Part shown: positions 22,943 through 32,637 of the stretch, one piece after another | Numbering within the stretch: position 1 is the first letter of the stretch | How the letters are laid out: each line of letters opens with the position of its first letter | Assembly (NCBI RefSeq): GCF_017475925.1 | Contig: NZ_JAFVER010000058.1 | Reading direction: 5' to 3' (one strand) | DNA from: Anaerovibrio sp. | GTDB taxonomy: Bacteria; Bacillota; Negativicutes; Selenomonadales; Selenomonadaceae | DNA: 62,548 nt | Notes under the pieces: generated by a model | The model's database searches: none | Told to the model about the DNA's origin: nothing | The model's input: the letters and a program-made list of their open reading frames with translations, nothing else | Made by a program: the position numbers and the translations under genes

Positions 22943-24610
22943 TCATTGGGTTTTGTGCTTTGTAATTTTTAAAGAGGTATTGAGGTATATTTCAAAGGTT
23001 CTTGGCCAAGGGAAAAATGCTTCCAAGGATATATCTGTAACAGAAAAGCTTGCATTGGCTTCAGGAATAAAAACAGGAGTATTACAGGAGGTAGAATATT
23101 TATATTGGTATAGCCGTTGTTGAAGGGACTTTTTTAGCATATCATCACTCCAAATGTAGTTATGCTTTAAGTCCAAATCATACACATTGGTATAGCCTTT
23201 TTTCTTTAGTGAGATATTTACCAAATCAATAATATCCTTTAGGTAATAATAGTCCTCAAAAAATCTGTTATTGAGATTGTGAAGATTATAATACACGGCA
23301 CTATCCTTATTGCTTTTGGCTGATAGCGCTGTCAGATAAATTTCTGTTTGGGCGATGGCTGTGCCAATGGAATTGCTGGCGGTATTCCAGCCGGCATAGG
23401 CAACGAGCCTGTTCATAGGGAAATTCTCCTTCAGCATAAGGGGGAACAAGGTTTCCTGAGCCGCAAAATTTTCGCTTAAATCAACAAGCGCTACCGGCTT
23501 GCCATCAGCGATATACTGCGTTAAGCGATTAATGGTTTTTTTTCGGTCGTTCATAGTGGACCTGCTGCCACAGCTGATAAACAGTATATAATCGGCATCA
23601 GCTGGGGCAGCTACCTGCTTAGAGCCATGAAATACAAGGCGCTCATCAGCGGTCTGAGAATTATTGATGGCCATGTAGGGCATGAAATTTTTAGGAGTAT
23701 CAGGATTGTTGTAATCAACATAGACTTTAAAATTTTTTGGGGGAATATAGTTCTTTTTGGCAATATTGGTCAGGATAGATAATGCCACCTCGTCAGCACC
23801 ATGTATTATTTGCAGGCTGTTACTATCAATTGACTGGTTATTGACGTAGTTGACAAATTCTTCAAGCCGCATATTGGGCAGACTAAAGGCTTCGCCATCA
23901 TCCTGGGCCAATACCAGCTTTTGAATAACACCCTCCGCCAGTAGCCTTGCCAGCTGACAGTTTAGCTGATAATTTCGGTTATAGATTTCCTTATATGATT
24001 GCAAATGCTCTGGTGGAATAGAGCTTTCCAGCTCTCGAAGCTTTTCGGTATTTTCATCGGTAGGCTCATTGCGGCAAATATGAATGAGGCGGGACCACTC
24101 CAATAGCTGTGCTCTGTCATCATAGGCTTCAATATAGTCCGGAGGTGTCATGCGGGGAAGAATTGTAAATGCATATAGCTGCAGGGATGGTTTTTTGCGG
24201 TGCAGCTCCTTTAGATAGATAATCAATCCATCAATATCTGCTTCGGTAATGGCTTTGTTGCGGGAGGCAATCAGTCCGCCATAGAGAAGCTGGTCAATGG
24301 AGATAATGGCCTCCTGGGCATTTTGAGCTTCTGATAAAAGCCAGCTTCTTAGGCTTGCGATTTCACCTGGCTGGGTATAAAAGTCCATATATTGAGTGGG
24401 GGGCATAATGACTGATATGTCGGCAGTCTGTCCGTTGTCTGCCACCAGCTTGGTGCATGGAGGGCGACTGTCCAAGGGAATAAGCAGAACCCTCTGGGAT
24501 TCTGATGGACTAGGTGTAAGCTGCTCTGTTATGCAGTGTGACTCTGAAAAGTGAATTAGCGCAGTGATGCCTGCAATGAGTGCAAGGACTATTGTAAATA
24601 TTTTTTTCAT
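22943..24610 (-). CDS. DUF4127-like exported protein
   Basis: Signal peptide, LIPLDSRP, DQLLYGGLIASR, HGADE, YAGWNTASNSIG, FPWPRTFE. Confidence 0.8.
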   Translation of the reverse strand: MKKIFTIVLALIAGITALIHFSESHCITEQLTPSPSESQRVLLIPLDSRPPCTKLVADNGQTADISVIMPPTQYMDFYTQPGEIASLRSWLLSEAQNAQEAIISIDQLLYGGLIASRNKAITEADIDGLIIYLKELHRKKPSLQLYAFTILPRMTPPDYIEAYDDRAQLLEWSRLIHICRNEPTDENTEKLRELESSIPPEHLQSYKEIYNRNYQLNCQLARLLAEGVIQKLVLAQDDGEAFSLPNMRLEEFVNYVNNQSIDSNSLQIIHGADEVALSILTNIAKKNYIPPKNFKVYVDYNNPDTPKNFMPYMAINNSQTADERLVFHGSKQVAAPADADYILFISCGSRSTMNDRKKTINRLTQYIADGKPVALVDLSENFAAQETLFPLMLKENFPMNRLVAYAGWNTASNSIGTAIAQTEIYLTALSAKSNKDSAVYYNLHNLNNRFFEDYYYLKDIIDLVNISLKKKGYTNVYDLDLKHNYIWSDDMLKKSLQQRLYQYKYSTSCNTPVFIPEANASFSVTDISLEAFFPWPRTFEIYLNTSLKITKHKTQ

Positions 24611-24731
24611 ACTTATCCTCAAAAATGATTTCATTAAGAGCTGGTAGAACCCAGCAGACTTTCATTTCGCCTTATGTTACATTATAACGCCAGTGTGCAA
24701 GTTTTTCTTAAAAATCCTCTAAAGCTACAAG

Positions 24732-24803
24732 AAAAAAAGGAACCATGGACTGGTTCCTTTAGGAGGGATGGAATATGAAAAACGGGTTATGAAACTTTCT
24801 ATG
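24732..24803 (-). ncRNA. Candidate CU-rich small RNA
   Basis: Minus-strand TATTAT -10, ~70 nt containing TTTTTCAT..CCCTCCT, then a GGAACCA/TGGTTCC hairpin and T7. Confidence 0.5.
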
Positions 24804-24954
24804 GTTGTATAATACACGGGAAAAATGGAAAATAAATGGAAAAAAGATGAAATTTAGCTGAAAATTTTAAATGCTTTTTAGGGCCGATGAAAACCAGTAT
24901 GCATTCAGCCGGCTTTGTGCTAAACTTATAGAAAACTTATATGGAGTTAAATTT

Positions 24955-25509
24955 ATGCGTATAATCACAGGCTCAGCCCGGGGCTGTAAACTGAAAACTC
25001 CCAAGGGAATGTCTACTCGCCCGACCTCTGACCGGGTGAAGGAGTCACTGTTCAGTATTTTAGGCAGTGAGGTCCTTGGCAAGGGTATATTAGATATATT
25101 TGCCGGTACTGGTGGCTTGGGCCTTGAGGCCCTTAGTCGGGGTGGGGCCAGTGCCTGCTTTGTTGATAAGACTACGGCGGATATTATCAGATACAATGCA
25201 GAGCATACCAGGCTAAAGGACTTGTCAGATATTATTAGGGGAGATGTGTTTGCTGTGTTGGATAGACTGGCAAACCAAGGAAGAAAATTTGATATTGTAT
25301 TTTGTGATCCGCCATATCATCTTGGACTATGGGAAAAGGCCCTCATACGATTGGACAGAGGGGATTTGCTTAATGATGGTGCTCTGGTTATTGTTGAGCA
25401 GGGTGGCGATGAAAATACCCTGCCGGAGGTGTCACGGTTAAAATTATTGCGAAATCAGCGATATGGCAAAACGACACAGATTAACATTTTTGAATACAGT
25501 GCGGAATGA
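24955..25509 (+). CDS. rsmD: 16S rRNA m2G966 methyltransferase
   Basis: MRIITG, TRPTSDRVKE, DIFAGTG, DPPY. Confidence 0.95.
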   Translation: MRIITGSARGCKLKTPKGMSTRPTSDRVKESLFSILGSEVLGKGILDIFAGTGGLGLEALSRGGASACFVDKTTADIIRYNAEHTRLKDLSDIIRGDVFAVLDRLANQGRKFDIVFCDPPYHLGLWEKALIRLDRGDLLNDGALVIVEQGGDENTLPEVSRLKLLRNQRYGKTTQINIFEYSAE

Positions 25510-25535
25510 CTAATGTGAGAAGTGGGTGTGGCTGA

Positions 25536-26015
25536 ATGAGGAAAGCGATTTTTCCGGGTAGCTTTGACCCGGTGACAAATGGACATATGGATATTATCAG
25601 TCGGGCAGCTGGTATGTTTGACACCCTGGTGGTTGGTGTCTTTAAAAATGTTAGGAAGCAGTCTTTTTTGCCGGTAGAAGGCCGCATTCAGGCATTACGG
25701 GAGGCAACTGCAGATATTGCCAATGTGGAAGTGGTGTCCTTTGATGGCTTATTGCCGGACTATATGAAGACTAATGATATCAAGGTAATTGTTCGGGGAC
25801 TGCGTTCCGTAACGGATTATGAATACGAGCAGGGACAGGCCCAGATAATTCATCAGCTTAATCCTGAGCTGGATACGATTTTTTTCCTGACAAAACCGGA
25901 ATTTTCCTGCGTAAGCTCGTCCATGGTTAGAGAACTTTATCATTTTAACGGAGGTATTGCCCCGCTTTTGCCCAAATCAGTTATTACTGCTATTGAATAT
26001 TTTTCAAATAAATGA
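25536..26015 (+). CDS. coaD: Pantetheine-phosphate adenylyltransferase
   Basis: PGSFDPVTNGH, VRGLR, VSSSMVRE. Confidence 0.97.
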   Translation: MRKAIFPGSFDPVTNGHMDIISRAAGMFDTLVVGVFKNVRKQSFLPVEGRIQALREATADIANVEVVSFDGLLPDYMKTNDIKVIVRGLRSVTDYEYEQGQAQIIHQLNPELDTIFFLTKPEFSCVSSSMVRELYHFNGGIAPLLPKSVITAIEYFSNK

Positions 26016-26115
26016 TATGCTTATAAGGTGAATTTGGACAATTCCATAAGAGCGTGATGCTCCTATTGTGTATGGTTTGTTTTTTATTTTATGCTCGGAA
26101 AGTGGGAATTTGACG

Positions 26116-26622
26116 ATGGAAATAGATAATATTTTGGAGGATATAGAGAACTTGGTTGCGACTTCTAATCGGGTTCCTTTTTTAGATAAAGTAATGATTG
26201 ATGATGTGGAGCTCTTTCGCCTTATGGATGTTTTGCGCAGTGAGCTGCCACGGGAAATTCAGGATGCCTTTGATATAGTAAAGCGTCGCGATGATATTAT
26301 TCAGGCTGCCCAGGCTGAGGCTGACCGGCTGGTGGAGGGTGCCAAGCGCGAGGCAAACCAGACCATCGAGCAGGCCAAGGCGTTTGCTCAGAAGGCGGCG
26401 GAGGAAAGTGAAATAGTACGTCAGGCCCGGGAGCAGGAGCAGGAAATCAGAGAACAGACCATGGCCTGGGCTCAGCAGATGAAGGCGGAGACGGAGCAGT
26501 ATTCCAATGACTTGCGGACCAGTGCAGATGATTATGCCAACCAGGTTTTCAATCATGTGATTGAGAGTGTAGGGGAGGCATTGCAGGCTGTTCAGCAGGC
26601 AAAAAAGCAGCTTAATGACTAA
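26116..26622 (+). CDS. Coiled-coil hypothetical protein commonly following coaD
   Basis: LRSELPREI motif followed by an Ala/Glu/Gln-rich coiled coil. Confidence 0.8.
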   Translation: MEIDNILEDIENLVATSNRVPFLDKVMIDDVELFRLMDVLRSELPREIQDAFDIVKRRDDIIQAAQAEADRLVEGAKREANQTIEQAKAFAQKAAEESEIVRQAREQEQEIREQTMAWAQQMKAETEQYSNDLRTSADDYANQVFNHVIESVGEALQAVQQAKKQLND

Positions 26623-26815
26623 ATGAGGATGCTTTGATAAAGCTTACCGGCTATACAGTATTATGTGTGTAGTCAGTTGGTATGTGGTACTTTGCGGCTT
26701 TTTTGTTTAAGATAGTGGTGCAGATATACCAGTTATATACAGAGTGGATATTGGACTATGAGGATAATAGATTATTTTCATGGTCCTTTTTGTATGCAAT
26801 AACAGGTAGGGGCGC

Positions 26816-26861
26816 TTGCGGTGGAAAAGGTATTGGAGTATAATAAAGTCAAATAGTCAAT
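26816..26861 (+). promoter_or_regulatory. ctsR promoter with CtsR box
   Basis: TTGCGG-17-TATAAT followed by AGTCAAA-T-AGTCAAT. Confidence 0.75.
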
Positions 26862-26885
26862 GTTATATAAAAAGCAGGTGGTATT

Positions 26886-27332
26886 ATGAGTAATATTGCG
26901 GACTTAATTGAGGAATACATTCTGCGGCGGTTAGCTGAACAGCAGACGGGTCAGGTGGAGCTGAGACGTACGGACATTGCTGACGAAATATCATGTGCAC
27001 CCTCCCAAATAAGCTATGTACTAAATACCAGGTTTACCCATGACAAGGGCTTTACTGTGGAATCCCGACGAGGCCTGGGCGGATTTATCCGTATTGTCCG
27101 GGTGCCACTGCAAAATATCATTTATGAGGAAATGGTTGATAAAATTGACACTGATACGGATTTTGAGGAAATAAAGGCCATGGTGAGGTATCTTATTCAG
27201 CATCAGCTGATAAGCTCCCGGGAAGGTGGCTTGGTAATTCAGGCGGCAAATTGCGCTTTTAATGGTATGAAGGAGGCTGACCGGGTTAAAATGCTAAAGG
27301 CTTTGTTTATTACCTTGGCGGAATTTTCTTGA
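26886..27332 (+). CDS. ctsR: Class III stress repressor CtsR
   Basis: NIADLIEEYI, CAPSQISYVLNTRFT, VESRRGLGGFIRI. Confidence 0.95.
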   Translation: MSNIADLIEEYILRRLAEQQTGQVELRRTDIADEISCAPSQISYVLNTRFTHDKGFTVESRRGLGGFIRIVRVPLQNIIYEEMVDKIDTDTDFEEIKAMVRYLIQHQLISSREGGLVIQAANCAFNGMKEADRVKMLKALFITLAEFS

Positions 27333-27453
27333 TGTGTGAGCAGAAATTAATTGGCATGCCCCAGGTGATTTGTAAGCTGATTAAGCACCTATTTTTCGGC
27401 AAAGCGTAGTGTTGCGTTGGCATGTAGACTCGTGTGAAAGGAAATTTGTAATA

Positions 27454-28833
27454 ATGGCAAAAAAGGGAACAGTCTTTGTCTGTCAGGCGTGCGGTTATGA
27501 TACTCCAAGGTGGTTGGGAAAGTGTCCTGGCTGTGGGCAATGGAATACCATGGTGGAGGAAACCATAAAAAAGGATACCAGCCAACAACGTGGTCTTAAT
27601 CTGGGCTTGTCTACCCAAAGCAAGCCGTGTCCCATTGATGAGGTTGTATTGGAGGAAATGCCACGTATAACCACAGGGTCCCAGGAGTTGGACCGGGTTT
27701 TGGGGGGTGGGCTGATTTCCGGCTCAATGGTATTGATTGTGGGGGATCCAGGCATAGGAAAATCCAGTCTGACACTTAAGGTCTGTGCCAATGAAGCCGG
27801 GCTGGGCAGAAGGGTTCTTTACGTTACCGGTGAGGAAAGTGTCCAACAGGTGCGCATGAGGGCTGATAGAATTGGTGCCATAGAAAAATCACTGATGGTA
27901 GTAAGTGAAACTAACCTGGAAACCATCGAAAAGCATGTTTTGGATTTAAAGCCGGAGGTATTGGTAATTGATTCCATACAGACGGTGTTCAGGCCTGATG
28001 TTCAAAGTGCTCCCGGCAGTGTGAGCCAGGTAAGGGAATGTGCAGTGGAGCTTCTGCGGGTGGCCAAAACAAATGGCATTGCCACTTTTGTTGTAGGTCA
28101 TGTAACTAAGGACGGAACCTTGGCAGGGCCACGGGTTCTAGAACATATCGTGGACACGGTGCTGTATTTTGAAGGTGGAAATAATGCAGAGTTTCGACTT
28201 CTTAGGGCTATTAAAAACCGTTTTGGCAGCACTAATGAAATCGGAGTATTTGAAATGCGGGATGTGGGGCTGGTGGATGTATCGGATGCCTCAAAGATTT
28301 TTTTATCTGAGAAGCAGGAGGACAACGGAAGCATTATAGTACCAACGGTTGAGGGCACCAGACCACTTTTGGTAGAAATTCAGGCATTGGTTGCCAAGAC
28401 CCCCTATGTACCACCTAAGCGAATTTCGGATTCAGTTGATTTAAAAAGACTACAGCTATTGCTGGCGGTTCTCGAAAAGAAGGTTCATCTTGCCATGGGC
28501 GGCTGCGATGTGTTTGTAAAGGCGGCTGGGGGTATTCGCATTGACGAGCCGGCAGCCGACCTGGGAATTTGTGTGGCAATGGCGTCCAGCTTTGCCGGCC
28601 GTTCGCTGCGGCCAGCTACCGTGGCCTTTGGGGAGGTAGGCCTGGCAGGTGAAATACGGGCAGTAAGTCAGGCGGAAAACCGGGTCAGGGAAGCAAAGCG
28701 TCTTGGCTTTAAGAGTGTCGTATTGCCACAGAAAAACTATGAACAGCTGGTGGAGGATAATAAATTTACGGACATGGTACTTTATGGGGTGGCAAATATC
28801 ACTGAGGCTTTGAGTAAAACCATGCCAAGGTAA
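27454..28833 (+). CDS. radA: DNA repair protein RadA/Sms
   Basis: C4 zinc finger, GDPGIGKS, KNRFG motif. Confidence 0.97.
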   Translation: MAKKGTVFVCQACGYDTPRWLGKCPGCGQWNTMVEETIKKDTSQQRGLNLGLSTQSKPCPIDEVVLEEMPRITTGSQELDRVLGGGLISGSMVLIVGDPGIGKSSLTLKVCANEAGLGRRVLYVTGEESVQQVRMRADRIGAIEKSLMVVSETNLETIEKHVLDLKPEVLVIDSIQTVFRPDVQSAPGSVSQVRECAVELLRVAKTNGIATFVVGHVTKDGTLAGPRVLEHIVDTVLYFEGGNNAEFRLLRAIKNRFGSTNEIGVFEMRDVGLVDVSDASKIFLSEKQEDNGSIIVPTVEGTRPLLVEIQALVAKTPYVPPKRISDSVDLKRLQLLLAVLEKKVHLAMGGCDVFVKAAGGIRIDEPAADLGICVAMASSFAGRSLRPATVAFGEVGLAGEIRAVSQAENRVREAKRLGFKSVVLPQKNYEQLVEDNKFTDMVLYGVANITEALSKTMPR

Positions 28834-29048
28834 TTCATCCACCTCGCAGAGCTTGGTATCTAAGTCCATTGCGGGTATACCTCTTATTCCCTGGGGAATG
28901 TCATGAAGTGACAAGGGTGGGCCCGTCTATTGTACACTTCAACCCCATTCTTGACAGGAAAAATTTTATATGATAAAATTCATTCTTTTTTATTGATGAT
29001 TTTTTTGGTATAATTTACGTGGAGTGAGATTGTTAAGGGGGGGTATGT

Positions 29049-29534
29049 TTGCTGCAGATTGGTGATAAGGTTGTATATCCGATGCACGGAGCAGGTGAGA
29101 TTGCCGGAATCGAGGAATATGATGTTATGGGGCAGGGGGAAATGAAGTCCTATTACGTCATGCGGTTGCCTATTGGCGATGTGAAAATAATGCTTCCTAC
29201 TGACAATATTGAAGGTATAGGGCTGCGACAGATAAGCCCACCGGAAAAGCTGAAGGAGATCGAGGAGGTTTTACAGGGACCGCCTGTAAAAACTGCAGGA
29301 AGCTGGAACAAACGATTTCATGCAAATCTTGCCCGTCTAAAGACTGGCGATATTTTGGAAGTAGCGGCTGTTGCTAGAAATCTTGCATTACAGGGACGGG
29401 AAAAGAAAATTTCCAGTGGAGAGCAACGTCTTTTGGATACAGCTAAACAAATTCTTTTAAGTGAAATGGTATATGTTCTTGATGGGACCATAGAAAGTGC
29501 AGAAAAATGGCTTGAAAAAATGCTGGAGCGGTAG
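29049..29534 (+). CDS. carD: CarD-family transcription factor
   Basis: IGDKVVYPMHGAG, WNKRF, LKTGDILEVA. Confidence 0.9.
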   Translation: MLQIGDKVVYPMHGAGEIAGIEEYDVMGQGEMKSYYVMRLPIGDVKIMLPTDNIEGIGLRQISPPEKLKEIEEVLQGPPVKTAGSWNKRFHANLARLKTGDILEVAAVARNLALQGREKKISSGEQRLLDTAKQILLSEMVYVLDGTIESAEKWLEKMLER

Positions 29535-29630
29535 TATATATTGGCAATTATTTTGAAGGTGGCCGGAGCTGCTGGTCACTTTCTTTTCTTGTGTTGAAGT
29601 TTTAGGGCATGTTGAAAGGAGGTGAAGGTG

Positions 29631-30800
29631 ATGCTTGAAAAGGTGTTAAGATTTTTGATTACGGCATTTTTGGCGGTTATTGGCGGTTTGGGAATGCATT
29701 TTGTAAGTCCGTTGTTGACGGAGCTTATAAGCACTGAGGTGCTGAATATGAGCTTCGGATTTTTCAAAATGACGTTAGCCCATCTCATTTTCCTGTTGGT
29801 GGGAATTGCCGTTGGTGGCGTAATCGGATATATGATTTCTCCTTATTGTGCTGATAAGCTGCGGAGATTTTCTGTTTGGGTTGAGGGCCAGTTTAATAAG
29901 ATGCCGTTACAGGATGTTATTGCTGGTGTTATCGGCCTGGCAATTGGACTTATAATAGCAAATTTATTAGGTGAAGCTTTTTCCAAAATACCAGTGGTGG
30001 GTGATTATATTCCAGTGGTATTAAGCGTTGTTTTTGGTTATTTAGGAATTCATATTGTTATCCGTAAGCAGAAGGAATTGGGAGATATGATTGGCAAGCT
30101 GCCACGGTTTTTTCGGGAAGCCAGCCAACGGCGGGAGCTGGCTCGTATTAAGCGGAAAACCAAGGACGGAGAAGTGGATTTCAAAGAAATTGGTTTTTCA
30201 GATGGTGTTTGTGGTAAGCTGCTGGATACCAGTGTGATAATTGACGGTCGCATTGCCGATATCTGTCGTACTGGATTTATTGATGGTAAGCTGCTGATAC
30301 CGGTGTTTGTACTAGAGGAGCTTCAGCATATAGCAGATATGTCTGATACCCTTAAACGGGCCAGAGGCCGGCGGGGGTTGGATATTTTGCAGAAGCTGCA
30401 AAACGATTTTAGTAGTCAGGTGGAAATTATTAATCATGACTTCGAGGATATTTCCGGGGTTGACTCTAAGCTTGTCCAGCTGGGACAGATTACCGGCAGC
30501 AAAATAATCACCAATGATTATAACCTGAACAAGGTGGCTGAGCTTCGTGGAGTGTCAGTGCTAAATATCAATGAGCTGGCCAATGCCATTAAGCCGGTGG
30601 TTATTCCTGGCGAATGTATGATGGTTACTGTTGTTAAGGATGGCAAGGAGCAGGGCCAGGGAGTAGCCTACCTGGAGGACGGCACCATGATTGTGGTGGA
30701 GAATGGACGCAAGTATATGAACGAGGCAATCAGGGTTGAAGTAACATCTGCCCTGCAAACCGCTGCAGGAAGAATGATTTTTGCCAAGCCGGCAATGTAA
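29631..30800 (+). CDS. Membrane PIN/TRAM-domain protein (YacL-like)
   Basis: TM helices, LDTSVIIDGRI, TNDYNL, GVAYLEDGTMIVVE. Confidence 0.93.
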   Translation: MLEKVLRFLITAFLAVIGGLGMHFVSPLLTELISTEVLNMSFGFFKMTLAHLIFLLVGIAVGGVIGYMISPYCADKLRRFSVWVEGQFNKMPLQDVIAGVIGLAIGLIIANLLGEAFSKIPVVGDYIPVVLSVVFGYLGIHIVIRKQKELGDMIGKLPRFFREASQRRELARIKRKTKDGEVDFKEIGFSDGVCGKLLDTSVIIDGRIADICRTGFIDGKLLIPVFVLEELQHIADMSDTLKRARGRRGLDILQKLQNDFSSQVEIINHDFEDISGVDSKLVQLGQITGSKIITNDYNLNKVAELRGVSVLNINELANAIKPVVIPGECMMVTVVKDGKEQGQGVAYLEDGTMIVVENGRKYMNEAIRVEVTSALQTAAGRMIFAKPAM

Positions 30801-31039
30801 AATGAGGGGATGTGGTAAATGCTGCATCCCCTAAGCTTTATCTAGCGAGATTAGTAGCTTGGCCTATGGGAAGCTTTTCGGCTTCGGACCTTCGCCAATC
30901 CCCATGTACATCATGCAGGGCAGCTTCTGTGTCGGCAAGCCGTTCTTACATTGTGGCTCACATATGGATGGTGCCCATGGGTCGCCTACGGCAAGAGCTA
31001 CGGTCCTCCAGACGAAAATTTCCCTCCGGCTCATAAATG

Positions 31040-31255
31040 TGGTGACGAGGGCGGATGAGGTGTAATAATAATTCGTAATGCTGAATTACCCCCCCACCGG
31101 TTGCTGCGCAACCACCTCCCCCCAAGGGAGGCAAGTTCAAGCCTTCTCCGATGGAGAATATGGCGAGTTTTGCTGGGCGGATGAGGGGATTCATAATGCT
31201 GAATAAGCCTTCTCCTATGGAGAAGGTGCCCCAAAGGGGCGGATGAGGTGTTATA
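31040..31255. repeat. Cluster of REP-like units (family C)
   Basis: GGGCGGATGAGG x3, AAGCCTTCTCC..TGGAGAA x2, CCGGTTGCTGCGCAACCACCTCCC..GGGAGGC. Confidence 0.75.
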
Positions 31256-31278
31256 ATTGAGATTTGTAGGGGCATGAG

Positions 31279-32376
31279 ATGGAATATTTATTTGAAGATG
31301 TTCTTGAAATAAAAAATGGTAGAAATCAAAAAAATGTAGAAAATCCAGAGGGACAGTATCCTATTTATGGCAGTGGCGGAATAATGGGATATGCAGATGA
31401 TTATATCTGTGATGCTGATACCGTAATTATTGGGAGAAAGGGCAACATAAATAATCCTATATATGTTCAGGAACGATTTTGGAATGTTGATACTGCTTTT
31501 GGATTACATGCTAATAGAGAGTTGTTACATCCTAGATATTTGTATTATTTTTGTACACAATATGATTTTGATAGGCTAAATAAGACGGTAACTATTCCTA
31601 GTTTGACAAAGTCGGATTTGTTGAAGATAAAAATTGATGTGCCAGAATTATGTATTCAGCAACATGTAGTTAGCACATTAACTAAGATTGAATCAATAAT
31701 TAAACATCGTCAAAGCAAATTAAAATGTCTTGATACCCTCATCAAAGCCCGATTTGTCGAGATGTTTGGGGATAATATGGAAAACAAACGTAATTTCCCC
31801 ATTGAATCATTAGACGTGCATGCGAATATAGTTTCTGGGATAACAAAAGGACGCAAAACAAAAAAATTGAATTTAACCGAAGTTCCATACATGGCAGTTT
31901 CTAACGTTAAAGATGGATATATTGATTGGACTACAGTAAAAACCATCTTAGCTACTTCGTCAGAAATTGAACAATACCGATTGCAAACTAATGATGTTTT
32001 GATGACAGAAGGTGGGGATCCTGATAAATTAGGGCGTGGAGCCTTGCTTACAAAAGTACCTGAAAATTGTATTCATCAGAATCATATTTTCAGAGTTAGG
32101 TTAGATAGCAGGGTTAATCCTGTATATTTTGAAGAGTATCTTCAAACAGCTAGACCTAAACGATATTTTTTAAAGGCCGCTAAGCAGACTACAGGGATTG
32201 CAAGTATTAATATGACACAGTTGCGACATATGCCTTTAATTTTGCCACCTATGGAAGAACAAAAAGAATTTGCTGATTTTGTCCATCGAGTAGACAAATC
32301 AAAATTTGCAGTGCAAAAAGCGTTAGATGAAACTCAGACTTTATTTAATAGTCTAATGCAGAAATACTTTGGCTAA
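31279..32376 (+). CDS. hsdS: Type I restriction-modification specificity subunit (orphan)
   Basis: Two TRDs (YPIYGSGG, IIGRKG; LMTEGGD, IHQNH, LPPMEEQ) with helical spacers; AT-rich. Confidence 0.92.
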   Translation: MEYLFEDVLEIKNGRNQKNVENPEGQYPIYGSGGIMGYADDYICDADTVIIGRKGNINNPIYVQERFWNVDTAFGLHANRELLHPRYLYYFCTQYDFDRLNKTVTIPSLTKSDLLKIKIDVPELCIQQHVVSTLTKIESIIKHRQSKLKCLDTLIKARFVEMFGDNMENKRNFPIESLDVHANIVSGITKGRKTKKLNLTEVPYMAVSNVKDGYIDWTTVKTILATSSEIEQYRLQTNDVLMTEGGDPDKLGRGALLTKVPENCIHQNHIFRVRLDSRVNPVYFEEYLQTARPKRYFLKAAKQTTGIASINMTQLRHMPLILPPMEEQKEFADFVHRVDKSKFAVQKALDETQTLFNSLMQKYFG

Positions 32377-32506
32377 GTTTACAAATCCCGGTAGCTGTCA
32401 TCCAATCAGCCTGCGTTTTTAACTTGGCTTCTTGGGACAGCCTCGCAGGGGAGGTTTATAATGCTCTTGCGTCGCTTACAGCTTGCAACAGCATAACAAC
32501 CTCTCC

Positions 32507-32583
32507 CAAAATTTGCAGTGCAAAAAGCACTGGATGAAACTCAAACCTTATTTAATAGTCTAATGCAGGAGTATTTTGGGTGA
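32507..32583 (+). pseudogene. Second copy of the hsdS 3' end
   Basis: 77-bp diverged direct repeat of 32300-32376 encoding KFAVQKALDETQTLFNSLMQEYFG*. Confidence 0.85.
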
Positions 32584-32637
32584 AGGGTAATTGACCGAGG
32601 AATTATTCCGTAATTGTTATGGGAAGGAGTTTTGTGC

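Noticed and set aside
31040-31255. Repeat cluster as a CRISPR array
   Set aside because: Units vary in length and orientation, spacers are irregular, and there are no cas genes
32300-32583. hsdS 3' repeat as a diversity-generating retroelement TR/VR pair
   Set aside because: Differences are not adenine-specific, are mostly synonymous, and no reverse transcriptase is present
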